64,000 nt of DNA from an uncultured delta proteobacterium (GCA_963755715.1 CAVWLW010000059.1:96001-160000); one strand, 5' to 3'. Shown: positions 39,803 to 50,980, numbered from the stretch's first letter. Translations and numbers: made by a program. The notes: generated by a model from the letters alone, not told the origin.

Positions 39803-42800
39803 TTAGCGAAGTGCTGTGTTTAGGATGACCGCCTTTATCAGCTTCCCCTGGTTAGAAAGCTGCGAAGCCTGAATATCGAACTTTTTTTGAGCTTCTTCGA
39901 CAGTGAGATTGGAGGCTTGTTTTTTCCTGTAATCAGCATTGTCCCATTGGTCGCACAGTCGAACCACGCCACCAGATACATTCCATGCTTGCAGTTATTG
40001 TCCGTTAATATTTACCTAAGAGCTGAGTCTCCATGGCGTTATCTAATTCCCGGTTCCAGCATCCTTTTGCTTCAATGATGACGGTTATCGAATCGTATGA
40101 ATCCTTCTTTTGTCCGAGTTGAATGGCGGTAACGTTGGGATATGGGTTCGTTTTTCGTTTGTGAATTCGGTTTTTACTCTATTGAAGATAATGCCACGAC
40201 GTTTCAGGTCATCTTCCAAGTGTAATTTCACAAGTCACAAAACGAACCTTCTTCTTTTGGACAATGCTTGTCCCACAAAAACTGGGTGTTTCTCCCTGAA
40301 GCTTGATTTCAAGCCGACTTAGGGATTCAATTATTGGTCAAGCAATTGATCGCCATTCTGCACGAGCGAACTCTTCATCGCTGGCTAACTTGAGAACATC
40401 GGTAGGCTTCAACGGTACCCACGTAAGCCGGCGCGCTACCGCTTCCGCGTCGAACAGTGTCCACTTGAGCCATGTAAGTTCAGGCAACTGTTCTTTAATT
40501 CTGCGGGATTGCATCACACGCCCGAAGCGTCACCTTTATATTGAGATTCTCTAAAATTGCGTCCCTCCAGTGCGCCATGCTTTCCCGAGGTGAAACCGCG
40601 CCTGTTCCATCTCTTTGCGGGTCTTCCGATTGTGGATATTGTCGGGATAACCAAATATACAGTTCAGACAATTGATCCTCATCCAGCTTTTCCCATATTC
40701 CTGTTCTACCACCCCAACCTTCTCTCTGAGCGACGATTATGACGATCTCCTTACCGAGTTCAGCAGAGCTTAGTATAGCTGGCCATACGATTGACCAGCC
40801 TGCATCTTTTGAATGCATCACCAAAACGCGTGCCGCTACAACTGCTTTAGATTGTTTATCGCTTTCTGACGCTACCGGCGTAGATAGGAACGATTTTGCA
40901 AAAGACTCTGCATCTTGAACGCCATGATCGATGAGGGTTTCTAACAACACTCCCATATTTTCAGGCTTTAAGTTTTCGTCCCGAGTCTTGCTCATCAAAG
41001 CCATCGCCAAACGCCGGTCCCAACAACTTTCAACCTTACGGTGGATAGAAATATGGCCAGGATCACTAATATTTTCTTTATCAATCAAGAAAAGCAGGCT
41101 TTGAATGATTTCATCAGACGAAAAATCGTAAGCTAACTTTACACAATGCATGATGGGGTCTTCAGCGTCACTTCCACTTCGAGTCGGATAGGCCAGAATA
41201 TTGGCGCCACTTTTCCAGATTTCGGCAGGCAACTTTGATATGAAATCAGTATCATCTCTCGACGGTGGCAATACCCTATATCCAGCATACGCCGACCGAT
41301 ACGACGATTTCAGTCCCAAGCCACTTCGGTGTTTCAGGGTCCTGCTCCACCAAATAGGTTTTCGCGGTTTCCACAATTCTTTTTCTAATGTCTGGACCGA
41401 CTTAGCCCACCCCGGGAAGAACAGTTCGAATAGGATTCGAGTACGTCATAGGGATCATAGTGCGTACTGTCCCGCTTAAGCGTCATTTCCAGATTAAGGC
41501 GCCACCAGTGCGTTGTAGTCTCCGGATTCGAATTGATCAAGAAGTCGCTCTATTCGCGTTGCTAGCGGTGGATCGAGTAGAGGCCGATCATGACCCTCTT
41601 TGTTCCATTTCTGCCATCTTTGATAATCGGCCTTCATCGTTTCCGCGTTGAGATCCAATTCAACCGGGTTGATGAGCCAATCCAATTCTTCGGACAAACA
41701 TTTCTCTCGATCGCAAGCCGTCAGAACTGCATCCACCTGTCGGCCATCTGTCCGGTCAAACGACCTGCTAACTAGTTGGCACCAGATCGATTTTTCTATC
41801 CCAATCCCAGACATCGCCAATTGATCTAACATCCACATCACGTCCTCCCGAAAAGCTATCAGAGATACACTGTCGACAATTGTTGTTGCATCTTGCTCTG
41901 ATCCACATTCATTATGAATTATCATCGGGAGCAACTGCTGCCGTCTTGAATGATCTTGTCGTAATTGTTGATGAATCGACTTTTTGCGTCGATCGTCAAG
42001 CAAGTTGTCGTAATGTTTTCCGTCGCGAAAACGTAGCCTGGCAAAAGCCTCTAACACTCCAGGGAAGTCTAAGTGTTGCCACCCCATCATTAAATTGCGT
42101 CAAGAAGCTCTTTGAATGAATGGCACAGTTTTATCTTGTCCCCAGTGTTGTCGTCCACGATAAGGCATCAGGAAGATCGGAAGCTTGGAGGGTCTGCGGG
42201 AGGTCTGTCTCTAAAAACTTACGATATGCACCGATCAGATTCGATCGCTTAGGCACTGTTAGCAAAGAGAACAAGTCTCTAGAGCTAACATGGCTTGGCC
42301 ATACTGCCTGTAGACCGCATCCTTTCAATTCGTCGTCGGGATCGTCTCCAATTTCACCAAAAGCAAGGGGCTTGAGTTTCGTTTTCGTCTGGTCGTCGCC
42401 AATCCGCCCTACAGCGTAGGCGGCGTTTACACGCGCATTGATTGAGTCGGTCAAATCTAAGGCAACATAGGCAAGAACATCTTGAAGCTGCCGTACGTTG
42501 CAAACCGCCGCAATATCCACTGCAACTCTTCGAACAACAACTCCTTTTGTCTGATCAGTGATGTATGGCTTGAGCTGTTCAGTCAATTCCGGATGAGTAA
42601 GCTTGTCGTAACGGGTTCGTACACTCAAGTCGCAGTCTAACAACTGTTCTTTGTCGTATAGTTCTAATAATGTTCCTACCAATGCGATACGATCCCTCGT
42701 GTCAGCAGCAGTCACATCGCTACTTAGCAGCACCGCCGGGTCTGTCTTAATAATCTACCGGAATACGACAGGTTCCATCCCAGCCAACCAAGCGGCCGTT

Positions 42801-43988
42801 TCATGAAGTTGAGGAACCAGCTTGCCATCGCTAGCACCCGCATGTACGAACACGCTCATCATTTGGGTTCGCGTCATTTTTCGCTGGATCAAATAGCTAG
42901 CAGCAAGAAACTCTGCATAGGTCTGATGCGCCCATCCCATTCTGTCTGTTCCGCGCGAAGAAAAGAGCCCGGTATCCAGAGCTTCCCGAATGGCTGCCTC
43001 ACTGACCTCAAATTCGTTAGCGTCGACGCTCTCTTTGCCGCCACACAATTCGGAAATTGTTACGTCTTCTCCCGGAACGTCTCCTCGATCGACGGCAGTC
43101 CAAATTGCGTACCGATTTGTGAATATTGTGAGAGCTGCCATTCTCGAAGCTATGCTCACACGTTGTTTCGCATCGAGGAACCCGGCAATTCGCACGACGA
43201 CTGTCGCTCGTCTCTTCACATAACAATCGGCAACCTTCCAGATAAAGTTCGCTCTGCGTTTTTGGAAACTGCCCGTGGCGATTGTATGTATTGAGCAGGA
43301 ATTGAAGGGTAACGGGTTTGATCGCTAAAGGAACAACTTCTCTATTTACGATTTCCGTTAAAAACCCTCCTGGCTCGACTCTATTGGTTTTCGCAGCTTC
43401 AATGATATCGACCCTGCGGAGAGGAGCTAGCTCGTATACTTTAAAAGCCTCGTCTCCCCACAACCTCATCAATCCTTGCTCCAAAGTAGTTGGCCAATCC
43501 GCTATCCGTAGTGCGATGCGCAAATGCAGGCAATCAATGGGATATTTTGGCAGCTCCTCCACAAGCAAGGCTGCGACAGTATCAATCCTCAGTAAGCACT
43601 CGTCTAGACTGTCAAGAAAGAGATGTAAGTTTTGGCTTCCACTTAACCAAGATTTGAAAACAGGTGCGTCAAATATCGCTTGTATAAGTCGGACATCGGT
43701 TTGGTAAGCTCGGAGGTCTACCCATAACGATATGTCTCCTTTTCCACTAATCTCCTCATCGATGCGTGCCTTCTGGCCTTGCACACTCGTAGATTTGCCC
43801 ATTCCAGGCTCTCCGAGAAGGATAAGACATGCAAATTTGGAAATATCTTATTCAAAGGGTACTGCGTCAGGATTGTAAAGTGATCCGTATTTTGAATCTG
43901 GGTTCCATAAAAACCCGTCGTCGGACAAATTTAACTTGCCGTCCCTTGGACACCAGAACCGCTTCCAGTTATAAAAGTTAGCTGGCAT
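39803..43988 (-). pseudogene. Disrupted NACHT/STAND NTPase with HEAT-like repeats and C-terminal PD-(D/E)xK-like nuclease; about 1,400 codons
   Basis: Walker A LLGEPGMGKST, Walker B LFLDSLDE, WAHQTYAEFLAA, HEAT-like RVNAAYAVGRIG, C-terminal VIIEAKGCWN..AMETQL. In-frame stops at 43848 and 42755 plus many frameshifts. Lower GC. Confidence 0.8.
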
Positions 43989-44290
43989 GAATACCCTCTC
44001 TGCTGTTTTCTCTATTTGAATTGCGCACTTTAACACAGAATCACTAGGGAATATGACTTGAAATGGAAAAATCTAGGAAAATGGGGTCAGAGGAAAGAGG
44101 AATCACGTGACCTCCCCTCTCTTCATCAAGGGGGGTGATTTGGGGTCGTGCTTTCTATTCTCGACAATCTTGGTTGCAGCAATGAATGGGATGGCCACTG
44201 GCGCTGTCTTTGATATTCGGGCAACAAGCGGGAGAGGAAATGCGCAGACCGCTATCGATATCGGGACGTCACTCCTGACTCATGTTCCCT

Positions 44291-44974
44291 TCATTTCCCA
44301 CCCAGGCGGTGAAGCATGCGCTTCAATGCCACTCGCGCGCGGGTGAACGCGGTGATCTTGCCGCCTTCGAGGCGCATTCGAAGCTCGACGTAGAACTTGG
44401 TGAGTGATTTAAGGATCCCATTGAACAGCTCATCCTGCCCGTCGGTGTGGCCGCGACAGACGTGGTGGTGACAGCCGATCGCAACAGTTTGCACCGGTAG
44501 GAGAAGCTGGATTCTCGAAAGACCGTCCAGATCCAGGCTCTTCTTTGCCGACTCGATCCGCATCGCCGCCCCGCGCACCTCGTGCTTGTCTCGCGCATAT
44601 TCCTCATAGCGCATGGAAATGAGCTTTGCCCAGTCGCTCAGATGATCGGATTGCACGCCCAAGGTCTTTAAATGTTCCACGTGCGCCTCGGCGATCTGTT
44701 TGTTCAGATCAGCGAGAGAGCTTCGCCGTTCGGAGGAGACGCGGAGATCCGGGGCTTCGAGCAAAAGCATGATCAGCACGAGAAACCCAACCACCAGCTC
44801 GTTGAAGATTCGGTCCTGCTCAGTTTGGCTCAACTGCTCGAGACCGGCCATCCGGCGGAATTCCCTGTCGCGAAACAGTTCGTACGCCACAGCCGCAGCC
44901 GACTGAGACAACCCTGCGGCGGTTGCCTTGGCGGTCTGATCGATCGATTCAAGATCCGGCAAACGTGTCTTCAT
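44291..44974 (-). CDS. Hypothetical alpha-helical protein
   Basis: Clean 227-aa ORF with helical composition (EQDRIFNEL, LISMRYEEY, AIGCHHHVCRG). Confidence 0.7.
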   Translation of the reverse strand: MKTRLPDLESIDQTAKATAAGLSQSAAAVAYELFRDREFRRMAGLEQLSQTEQDRIFNELVVGFLVLIMLLLEAPDLRVSSERRSSLADLNKQIAEAHVEHLKTLGVQSDHLSDWAKLISMRYEEYARDKHEVRGAAMRIESAKKSLDLDGLSRIQLLLPVQTVAIGCHHHVCRGHTDGQDELFNGILKSLTKFYVELRMRLEGGKITAFTRARVALKRMLHRLGGK

Positions 44975-45052
44975 GATGCAGGAACATCGTGGGGTGCGAC
45001 GCGGGTTAGGTCTTGCAATGACACATCTTGACCAAAACTCGTCGAAAGCCCG

Positions 45053-46194
45053 TCAGTTCCCCTTGCCCGCGCTCGCCAAAGCTTTTTTGATGATGTCGCG
45101 AATCGCGCCGAGCTCGTCGATCCATGCCGGGTCGAGCCAACTAAACTTGGCGCCCTTCACCCGGCGCGCCCACTCGCTGACCTTTTCCTTGGAGATATCT
45201 TCCCGCAAAGAATCGTTAAAGCCCCCGCTTCTATGATTGGAATCGAGCCACGCCGTCTGCCCTTCACGGGATAAGAGCCAATTGACGGCGACCTTCGCCG
45301 CATTGGGATGGGGTGTGCGAGTAAAGTAGCTCAACGTGCCGTTGTATGCCGTGACGGACGATCCCTCTTTGAGCGAACCTGGCAAAAATTGCATCAGCGG
45401 CAGTCCCTGCAGCATCGCTGTGTCGACCTCCCGTGCGCCGATGCCAAAAGCATATTTGCCCGCGCTTAGCCAATCCATCAATTGCTCATTGGACCGCAAG
45501 ATGGTGATGGCGGTGTCGGCGTACAACCGTCGGAGAAATTCCGCGCCGAGATCAGGATGCTTATAGAAAAAAATCTGCGCCGCGCTGATCGGGCCGGGCA
45601 GCAGCGGGTCGACGGTGACGATCTTCCCTTTCCACTTCGGGCTGAACAAATCCCAGTAAGATCTTATCTCCGCCGGATTCACCGCCTTGGTGTTGAAGGT
45701 AATGTCGCCGCTGCGGGGCGTGCCTTCGAAGACAAAAATGTAGCGGCTCTCCGGGTCGTTATAGTGATGCTTGCCTTCGTACCATCCCGAGGCATCGACC
45801 ACATCCGGCAGCAACAACAGCGGTTTGACCGGCTCCAACATCTTGGCGCGATGAAAAATTCGCGGCGACGTGCTCCCCGAAATATATAAATCCACGGCGA
45901 ACTTCTCCGCCCGCCGCTCGCTCATGACCCGCTGGCTTATCTCGGGTCCGTCCCCAGGGTCACTTTGATTTTGGGAAATTTTTTCTGGAAGCTGTCGCGA
46001 AACACCGGCTCCAAAGACTGGGTCATGTAAATGACGAGCGCGCCTTCTTCCTCCGCCGCTTTGACCGTCTTTTCCCACTCGGTGCGCCAGGCTGGGGTTG
46101 CTTCGGCAGCGAAACTGAACCTGGAAGAAAAGATCGCGCCGCAAACCAGCAGCAAGAAATGTATGAGAAAACAAATTCGAGTGGATCTCCACAT
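45053..46194 (-). CDS. ABC extracellular solute-binding protein (Fe3+/thiamine/polyamine-like class); frameshift near 45950
   Basis: Signal peptide plus EWEKTVKAAEEEG in one frame; SYWDLFSPKWKGKI and PHPNAAKVAVNWLLSREGQ in the next. GGAG RBS. Confidence 0.85.
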
Positions 46195-46263
46195 GCGGTA
46201 CTCCTACGGTAACACTAAGACCGAGCACGGAGCACGATCACCAACATGGCCCGCGCCTTTCTT

Positions 46264-46370
46264 CTATCTAAACTCCGGCTCTTGCAGGACTTCTCTGAGC
46301 AGACTCATATCGACGCCTTTGCTCGGGTCGATCGGTCCTTGCAACGCGCCTAATAACTGGCCGGCGTCGA
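46264..46370 (-). repeat. Displaced copy of the last 107 bp of the solute-binding gene 47128..48102
   Basis: 100/107 identical to 47128-47234, including the stop codon; both encode DAGQLLGALQGPIDPSKGVDMSLLREVLQEPEFR*. Confidence 0.95.
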
Positions 46371-46405
46371 CGCCAACCGCCCGGTCCGCCAAAGTTAACA
46401 TTCCC

Positions 46406-46454
46406 TTGAAGCCATTGAACCGCGACGATACAATGCCTCCATCCAGATGGAGGC
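46406..46454 (+). promoter_or_regulatory. Sigma70-type promoter and palindromic operator of the TA operon
   Basis: TTGAAG-17 nt-TACAAT (46406-46434), followed by the perfect inverted repeat GCCTCCATC-CA-GATGGAGGC that covers the SD. Confidence 0.65.
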
Positions 46455-46457
46455 CAG

Positions 46458-46679
46458 GTGGAAGAAGCAAAAATTTTGAATAAGGGGCAGCTGATCATTC
46501 CGATCCACATTCGCAAAAAACTCGGGCTGAAACCTGGGGACGCCGTCAAACTCTTTGATTATGACGGTGCGCTCCACATCATCCCTATTTCTAAAAATCC
46601 GGTAAGAGAAAGCATTGGCATCCTGCCGCGTAGGCCATCCCTCAGCAAAAAACTCTTGAAGGATCGGGCAAGGGAGTAG
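46458..46679 (+). CDS. AbrB/MazE/SpoVT-domain antitoxin (VapB-like)
   Basis: KILNKGQLIIPIHIRKKLGLKPGDAV; upstream of a PIN toxin. Confidence 0.88.
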   Translation: MEEAKILNKGQLIIPIHIRKKLGLKPGDAVKLFDYDGALHIIPISKNPVRESIGILPRRPSLSKKLLKDRARE

Positions 46680-46683
46680 CTCC

Positions 46684-47082
46684 TTGCCGGCGCGGATCTA
46701 CGATAGCTTTGCGCTCTTGAAGCTTTTTCAAAAGGAGCGGGGCCATCAAAAGGTTGCTAAACTTTTAGAAGAAGACCGAGCCAGCCGAAGCCAACCGCTT
46801 CTCCAGATCATAAACTTCGGCGAAATTATTTACATCACCAAAAAAGACTTTGGCGAAACCGCGAAGCTGCGCGTCATCCGAAACGTGATCCAGTTAGACA
46901 TTCGACTCATCTCTGCAACCGACGACCTGGTTTATGAAGCGGCAGAGCTGAAGGGGATCTACACGATCTCCTATGCCGACGCCTTCCTCCTCGCAACTGC
47001 CATCAGGGAAAACGCCACAATCGTCACAGGTGATCCGGAATTCAGGAACGTCGAGTCACTCTGCACGGTCGAGTGGGTATAA
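46684..47082 (+). CDS. vapC: PIN-domain toxin
   Basis: IYDSFALL, INFGEI, ISYADA, IVTGDPEF: the PIN acidic residues. Confidence 0.88.
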   Translation: MPARIYDSFALLKLFQKERGHQKVAKLLEEDRASRSQPLLQIINFGEIIYITKKDFGETAKLRVIRNVIQLDIRLISATDDLVYEAAELKGIYTISYADAFLLATAIRENATIVTGDPEFRNVESLCTVEWV

Positions 47083-47127
47083 TTCGCATTGAACGAAGAG
47101 TCATTCGGCGTTCCTCGAACGACCAGT

Positions 47128-48102
47128 CTATCTGAACTCCGGCTCTTGTAGGACTTCTCTGAGCAAACTCATATCGACGCCCTTGCTTGGGTCGATCGGC
47201 CCTTGCAACGCGCCCAATAACTGGCCGGCGTCGATCAAAGTTTTTTGCGCCTCGCCGGTCAGAATCCCATTCGCGCTTGTCGTCTTCGGAATATCGTCAA
47301 ACACCGCGCTCGCCTGGGCAGGATCGAGTTTCAGTTGCTGGCTCCAAAATGAAATCGCGTCGTCCCGACTCTCTCTCACTTTGCGAAACGTCCTCAAGGT
47401 CGCGCGAATCATGCGCTTGATCAGTTGCGGATCCTCCTTGAGAAGCTTCTCCGTGGAACACAGTCCGCCGCTGGGCATTTCGAGGACATCGCCAACAAAT
47501 AAAAGGTCTCTGCCGCCGAACTGCTTGGCCAGCAGATGCCACGGCGCGGAAAGGATCGATGCTTGGATCGCATTGTTTTCGAGGGCGGTCAGCCTGGTCT
47601 GTAGAGCGCCTAACGCAAGATAAGTGACGTCCCGATCGGAATTCAGCCCGAAATGGCTGATGGCCCTTTTCGCGGCGTAGTGGGTGGCGGTTGCCAGGCT
47701 CGCCACGCCGATCGATTTGCCTTTGAGGTCTTGAAAGCTTTTTATTTCGGGCCGCGCCACGAAATGAAACGGCGCCCTCGAGTTGATGACCATGAAACTC
47801 TTGACCGGCACACCGCGAATCCCGGAGTAATAACACGACTGGAATTGCGCGCTGAACTGCGCGTCGCCGGAGATCAGAGTCGCGGTGGCGACGTTGGGTC
47901 TTGCGACGACGATACGCAGGTCGAGCCCCTCTTGCTTGAATAAATCCCAACGCTTTCCGTAGAGGAGCAGCAGAGTCGTCCCCGTATCGATCGATGGAAC
48001 TTGCAGGAACACCGGACGAATCGGCTCGGCGGCGCCAACCCATTGCGCGTTGCCGATGCCGGCCAGCACCAGCAAGAGCGCCCATGTGCCGATCTTGGGC
48101 AT
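47128..48102 (-). CDS. ABC-type solute-binding protein, NMT1/SsuA family
   Basis: Signal peptide; FKQEGLDL, IKSFQDLKGKSIGV, FGLNSDRDV. Confidence 0.87.
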   Translation of the reverse strand: MPKIGTWALLLVLAGIGNAQWVGAAEPIRPVFLQVPSIDTGTTLLLLYGKRWDLFKQEGLDLRIVVARPNVATATLISGDAQFSAQFQSCYYSGIRGVPVKSFMVINSRAPFHFVARPEIKSFQDLKGKSIGVASLATATHYAAKRAISHFGLNSDRDVTYLALGALQTRLTALENNAIQASILSAPWHLLAKQFGGRDLLFVGDVLEMPSGGLCSTEKLLKEDPQLIKRMIRATLRTFRKVRESRDDAISFWSQQLKLDPAQASAVFDDIPKTTSANGILTGEAQKTLIDAGQLLGALQGPIDPSKGVDMSLLREVLQEPEFR

Positions 48103-48294
48103 GCGTCTGAGTTACCTTATTTTTCGACAAATTCAGTTCAGCATGATCCCCCTTAATTTCCCCTTTTTTTCCAAAGGGGGGTAAGATTCATGCCCGCAAT
48201 CAGAAAATCCCCTTATCTTTGCTAGACTTGCATTTCTATTTGACGACGAAATCCCGGAAATCAAGGCGCCTTACGGGGAGATTTGTGTTGCATC

Positions 48295-49915
48295 TTATGG
48301 TGTTACCGCGCCGCGCACCTGATCGATGAGCGCCAGGGCATCGTCGGGACAAACATCGCCGCGCCATGCCACATGGCCATCCGGCCGGACTAAAACCAAC
48401 TTACGCTCGTACAGCTCGGCAATCTTGCCATCGTTGATATCGTGAACGATCAATGGAACTCCGCGGGCGGCCGCAGCGTCAACGATCTTGTTCACAGCTA
48501 CGGAATTTTTGCCGAACCTCAGCAGAACGAAGCCGTCTCCGAACAGATCGAGTGTCGAGTGGCCTTCGCTGATCCAGGCATGCGGCGCCCGAGCGCCGGA
48601 CCGGCACAACTGCCGAAACGTTTCGCTCTTCGCGCATTGTCATTTCTCTCTCGGGGCAAATAACCGGAGAGCCTTCGTAACAATAGCCGAGCTTTACGCT
48701 CTCGTGTAGCCGTTCATTGCCCGCTCCTCGTCTGCCTTTTAATGCCTCGGCCAATCGTCGCCGCGCCCTCTCACCGTCCGGTGAATCGTCCGCGATGGTC
48801 GGGTCGGCCGGCAGGGAGGTTTCGTACTGGAATACTTCGCTGGAAGCCAGAACGCTGGTTGTCGCCACCGGCTTGCGCTCCAATTCATAACTCTCCAGCA
48901 GACGCGCTCCGCCCCATCCCTGAAGCATCGCTGCAAGCTTCCATCCGAGATCGACCGCATCGCCGATCCCTGTGTTCATCCCCAGGCCCCCTGTCGGTGA
49001 CATCTGGTGCGCGGCGTCGCCGGCGATGAACACTCTCCCTGCGCCATAGCTTTTCGCGACCAGCTCACGCCGCTTCCAGGGCAGCACCGAAAGCACTTCG
49101 AAAGAAAACGGCTTGCCAACGGCACGGATCAATGCGCCCGCGGCATCGAAGGAATTGGCATCGGTGTCGGGATCGAGTTGGAAAAGCGTAAGACGCCAAA
49201 GCTCGCGCCCGTCGATGGCGACGAGATCCGACCAGTGGCCTGAACCGTCGACCAGCCGATAAAAGCGCGCCCAACCTTTGTCGTGCAGCTCGCCGAGGGC
49301 CTTTGATCTGAAAAAGATGCTCAAGCTGTAGCTGAGCAGCCCTGAGCCCTCATATTCGGTGTTCAATGTTTTACGCACGAGTCCGTCGAAGCCATCGCAG
49401 CCGACAAGATAGGCGGCATTGATAGTTTCACTGTCGCCCGAGTCGAGGGATGTGACCCGCGCGTGCACACCGTCAAGGCCGGCTTCGAACGACTCGACTT
49501 CCGTGCGATGGCGCAGAGTCACCGAGGGAAGCGACGCCGCGTGGCGGAGCAGAATGGGATCGAAAAAAATTTGCGGGCACTGCCGCGGGCCCTCGGGCGT
49601 GTAACCTAGATCGCCTTGCTCTGCGTAGGAGGCAAACTTTTGCCGGAAAATCTCATGTCCGACCATGGTCGTGACGTAGATGAAGTCTCCGGGATGGGTC
49701 TGCGGCCAACCCGCCTTCTTGACCTCCTCGGCGATACCCCAGCGACGGCAAAATTCCATCGTGCGCGTGGAGACCTGGCTCATTTTGGGCACGGTGACGT
49801 TGCCGTCGCCGCGCTCGATCAGCATGCATTCGATGCCCCGGGAGCCGAGCTCTACGGCGAGCGCGAGCCCAACCGGTCCACCGCCGCAGATGAGAACTGG
49901 AACTTGCAATGCCAT
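48295..49915 (-). CDS. FAD-dependent monooxygenase, paralog of 11387..13018; frameshift near 48640
   Basis: GGGPVG, YLVGCDG, FIAGDAAHQMSPTGGLGMNTG; tail GARAPHAW and LVRPDGHVAWRG in a second frame. Confidence 0.87.
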
Positions 49916-49918
49916 CGT

Positions 49919-50900
49919 TCAAACCGTTCCGCGCACAAATAGCGAAGTGATATCGAGTTCGCGCTTCATCAGACCCTGCTCGATTTGGTAGCGATTCAAA
50001 GCTTTGAGACTGGTCATTTCCGTTGGCCCCAGAACGTAGGCATAGGGATCTTCGCCGAGAACATTTTTTTCCTTTTCATAGCCGGCGACTTCTTCCGCGC
50101 TCATGTATTGCGAGCGAAAGTTTTTTGGCTGCGCGAAAGGCCTCGGTCAGTTTCACCGGCAAATCGGGGTAGCGCTGCACGACCGCCTCCGTCATGGCCA
50201 GCGTATGCATAATCGGATAAATGCGGCTTTTGCGAACATAGCTGATAATTTCCTCCGTATCATCGATAAGCGATTTTACGCCGGGAAATTTTTCCATCTC
50301 GCGCGTGGTCTCGCCGCCGCCGAAAATTGCCGGGTAACCCGTGTCGCCGGGAATAATCACGCCGCCAAGCTTGCCGTCGGACAGCAGCTTGCCGAGATGC
50401 GGCTGATCTTGACCGAACTGCATCGGCTTGTCGGGTCGCTCGATCTTGACCGGCAGATCGTAACCGATGAAAAGCTCGTGTCCTGACACATACCACTGCA
50501 TGTCGGTGGTCTTCAGTCCGAACTCGTCATAGAGCAGCCCGCGCGACCAGACGTTGGCGGTGGCGCCGTAGCGAGACAGGCCGATCTTTTTGCCCTTGAG
50601 CTCGGCTGGATGGCTCAATGTTCCTTCCTTGATGTAAATGTTTCGATGACGCGGGCCTCGGGTGAAAAATACCGGTAGGGCCAGGAATCGCGGGCTCGCC
50701 TCGTTGATTCGCAGGAAGGTCGCGGTGGAAAATTCGCAAACGTCGAACTCGTTTTGTTCGAAGCGATGGTGCTGCTCACCCGGCGAAAGCGAATCGTGAA
50801 TGACCTTGATGCGGTAACCTTCGACCTCGACTCTGCCGTCGATGATCGCTTTCGTGCGCGGTTCGGCGGCGATCCCTATCGTGATAGTTGGCTTTTCCAT
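49919..50900 (-). CDS. 4,5-dihydroxyphthalate decarboxylase-like protein (periplasmic-binding fold); frameshift near 50110
   Basis: RTKAIIDGRVEVEG, FDVCEFS, ALPVF..R..RH, TANVWSRGLL, IYPIMH; tail LGEDPYAY...YQIEQGL. Confidence 0.75.
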
Positions 50901-50980
50901 CCTATGGCAGGAGCTCCTCGGCGTGGAATTTAAATACCTGGCGTATCAGGACACAGTGAGAAGGACGTTAACGCGTCCCA

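Noticed and set aside
42755-43850. Stop-codon readthrough or an alternative genetic code in the NACHT gene
   Set aside because: The two stops differ (TAG and TAA), both end normal genes in this window, and frameshifts accompany them. Decay is the simpler explanation.
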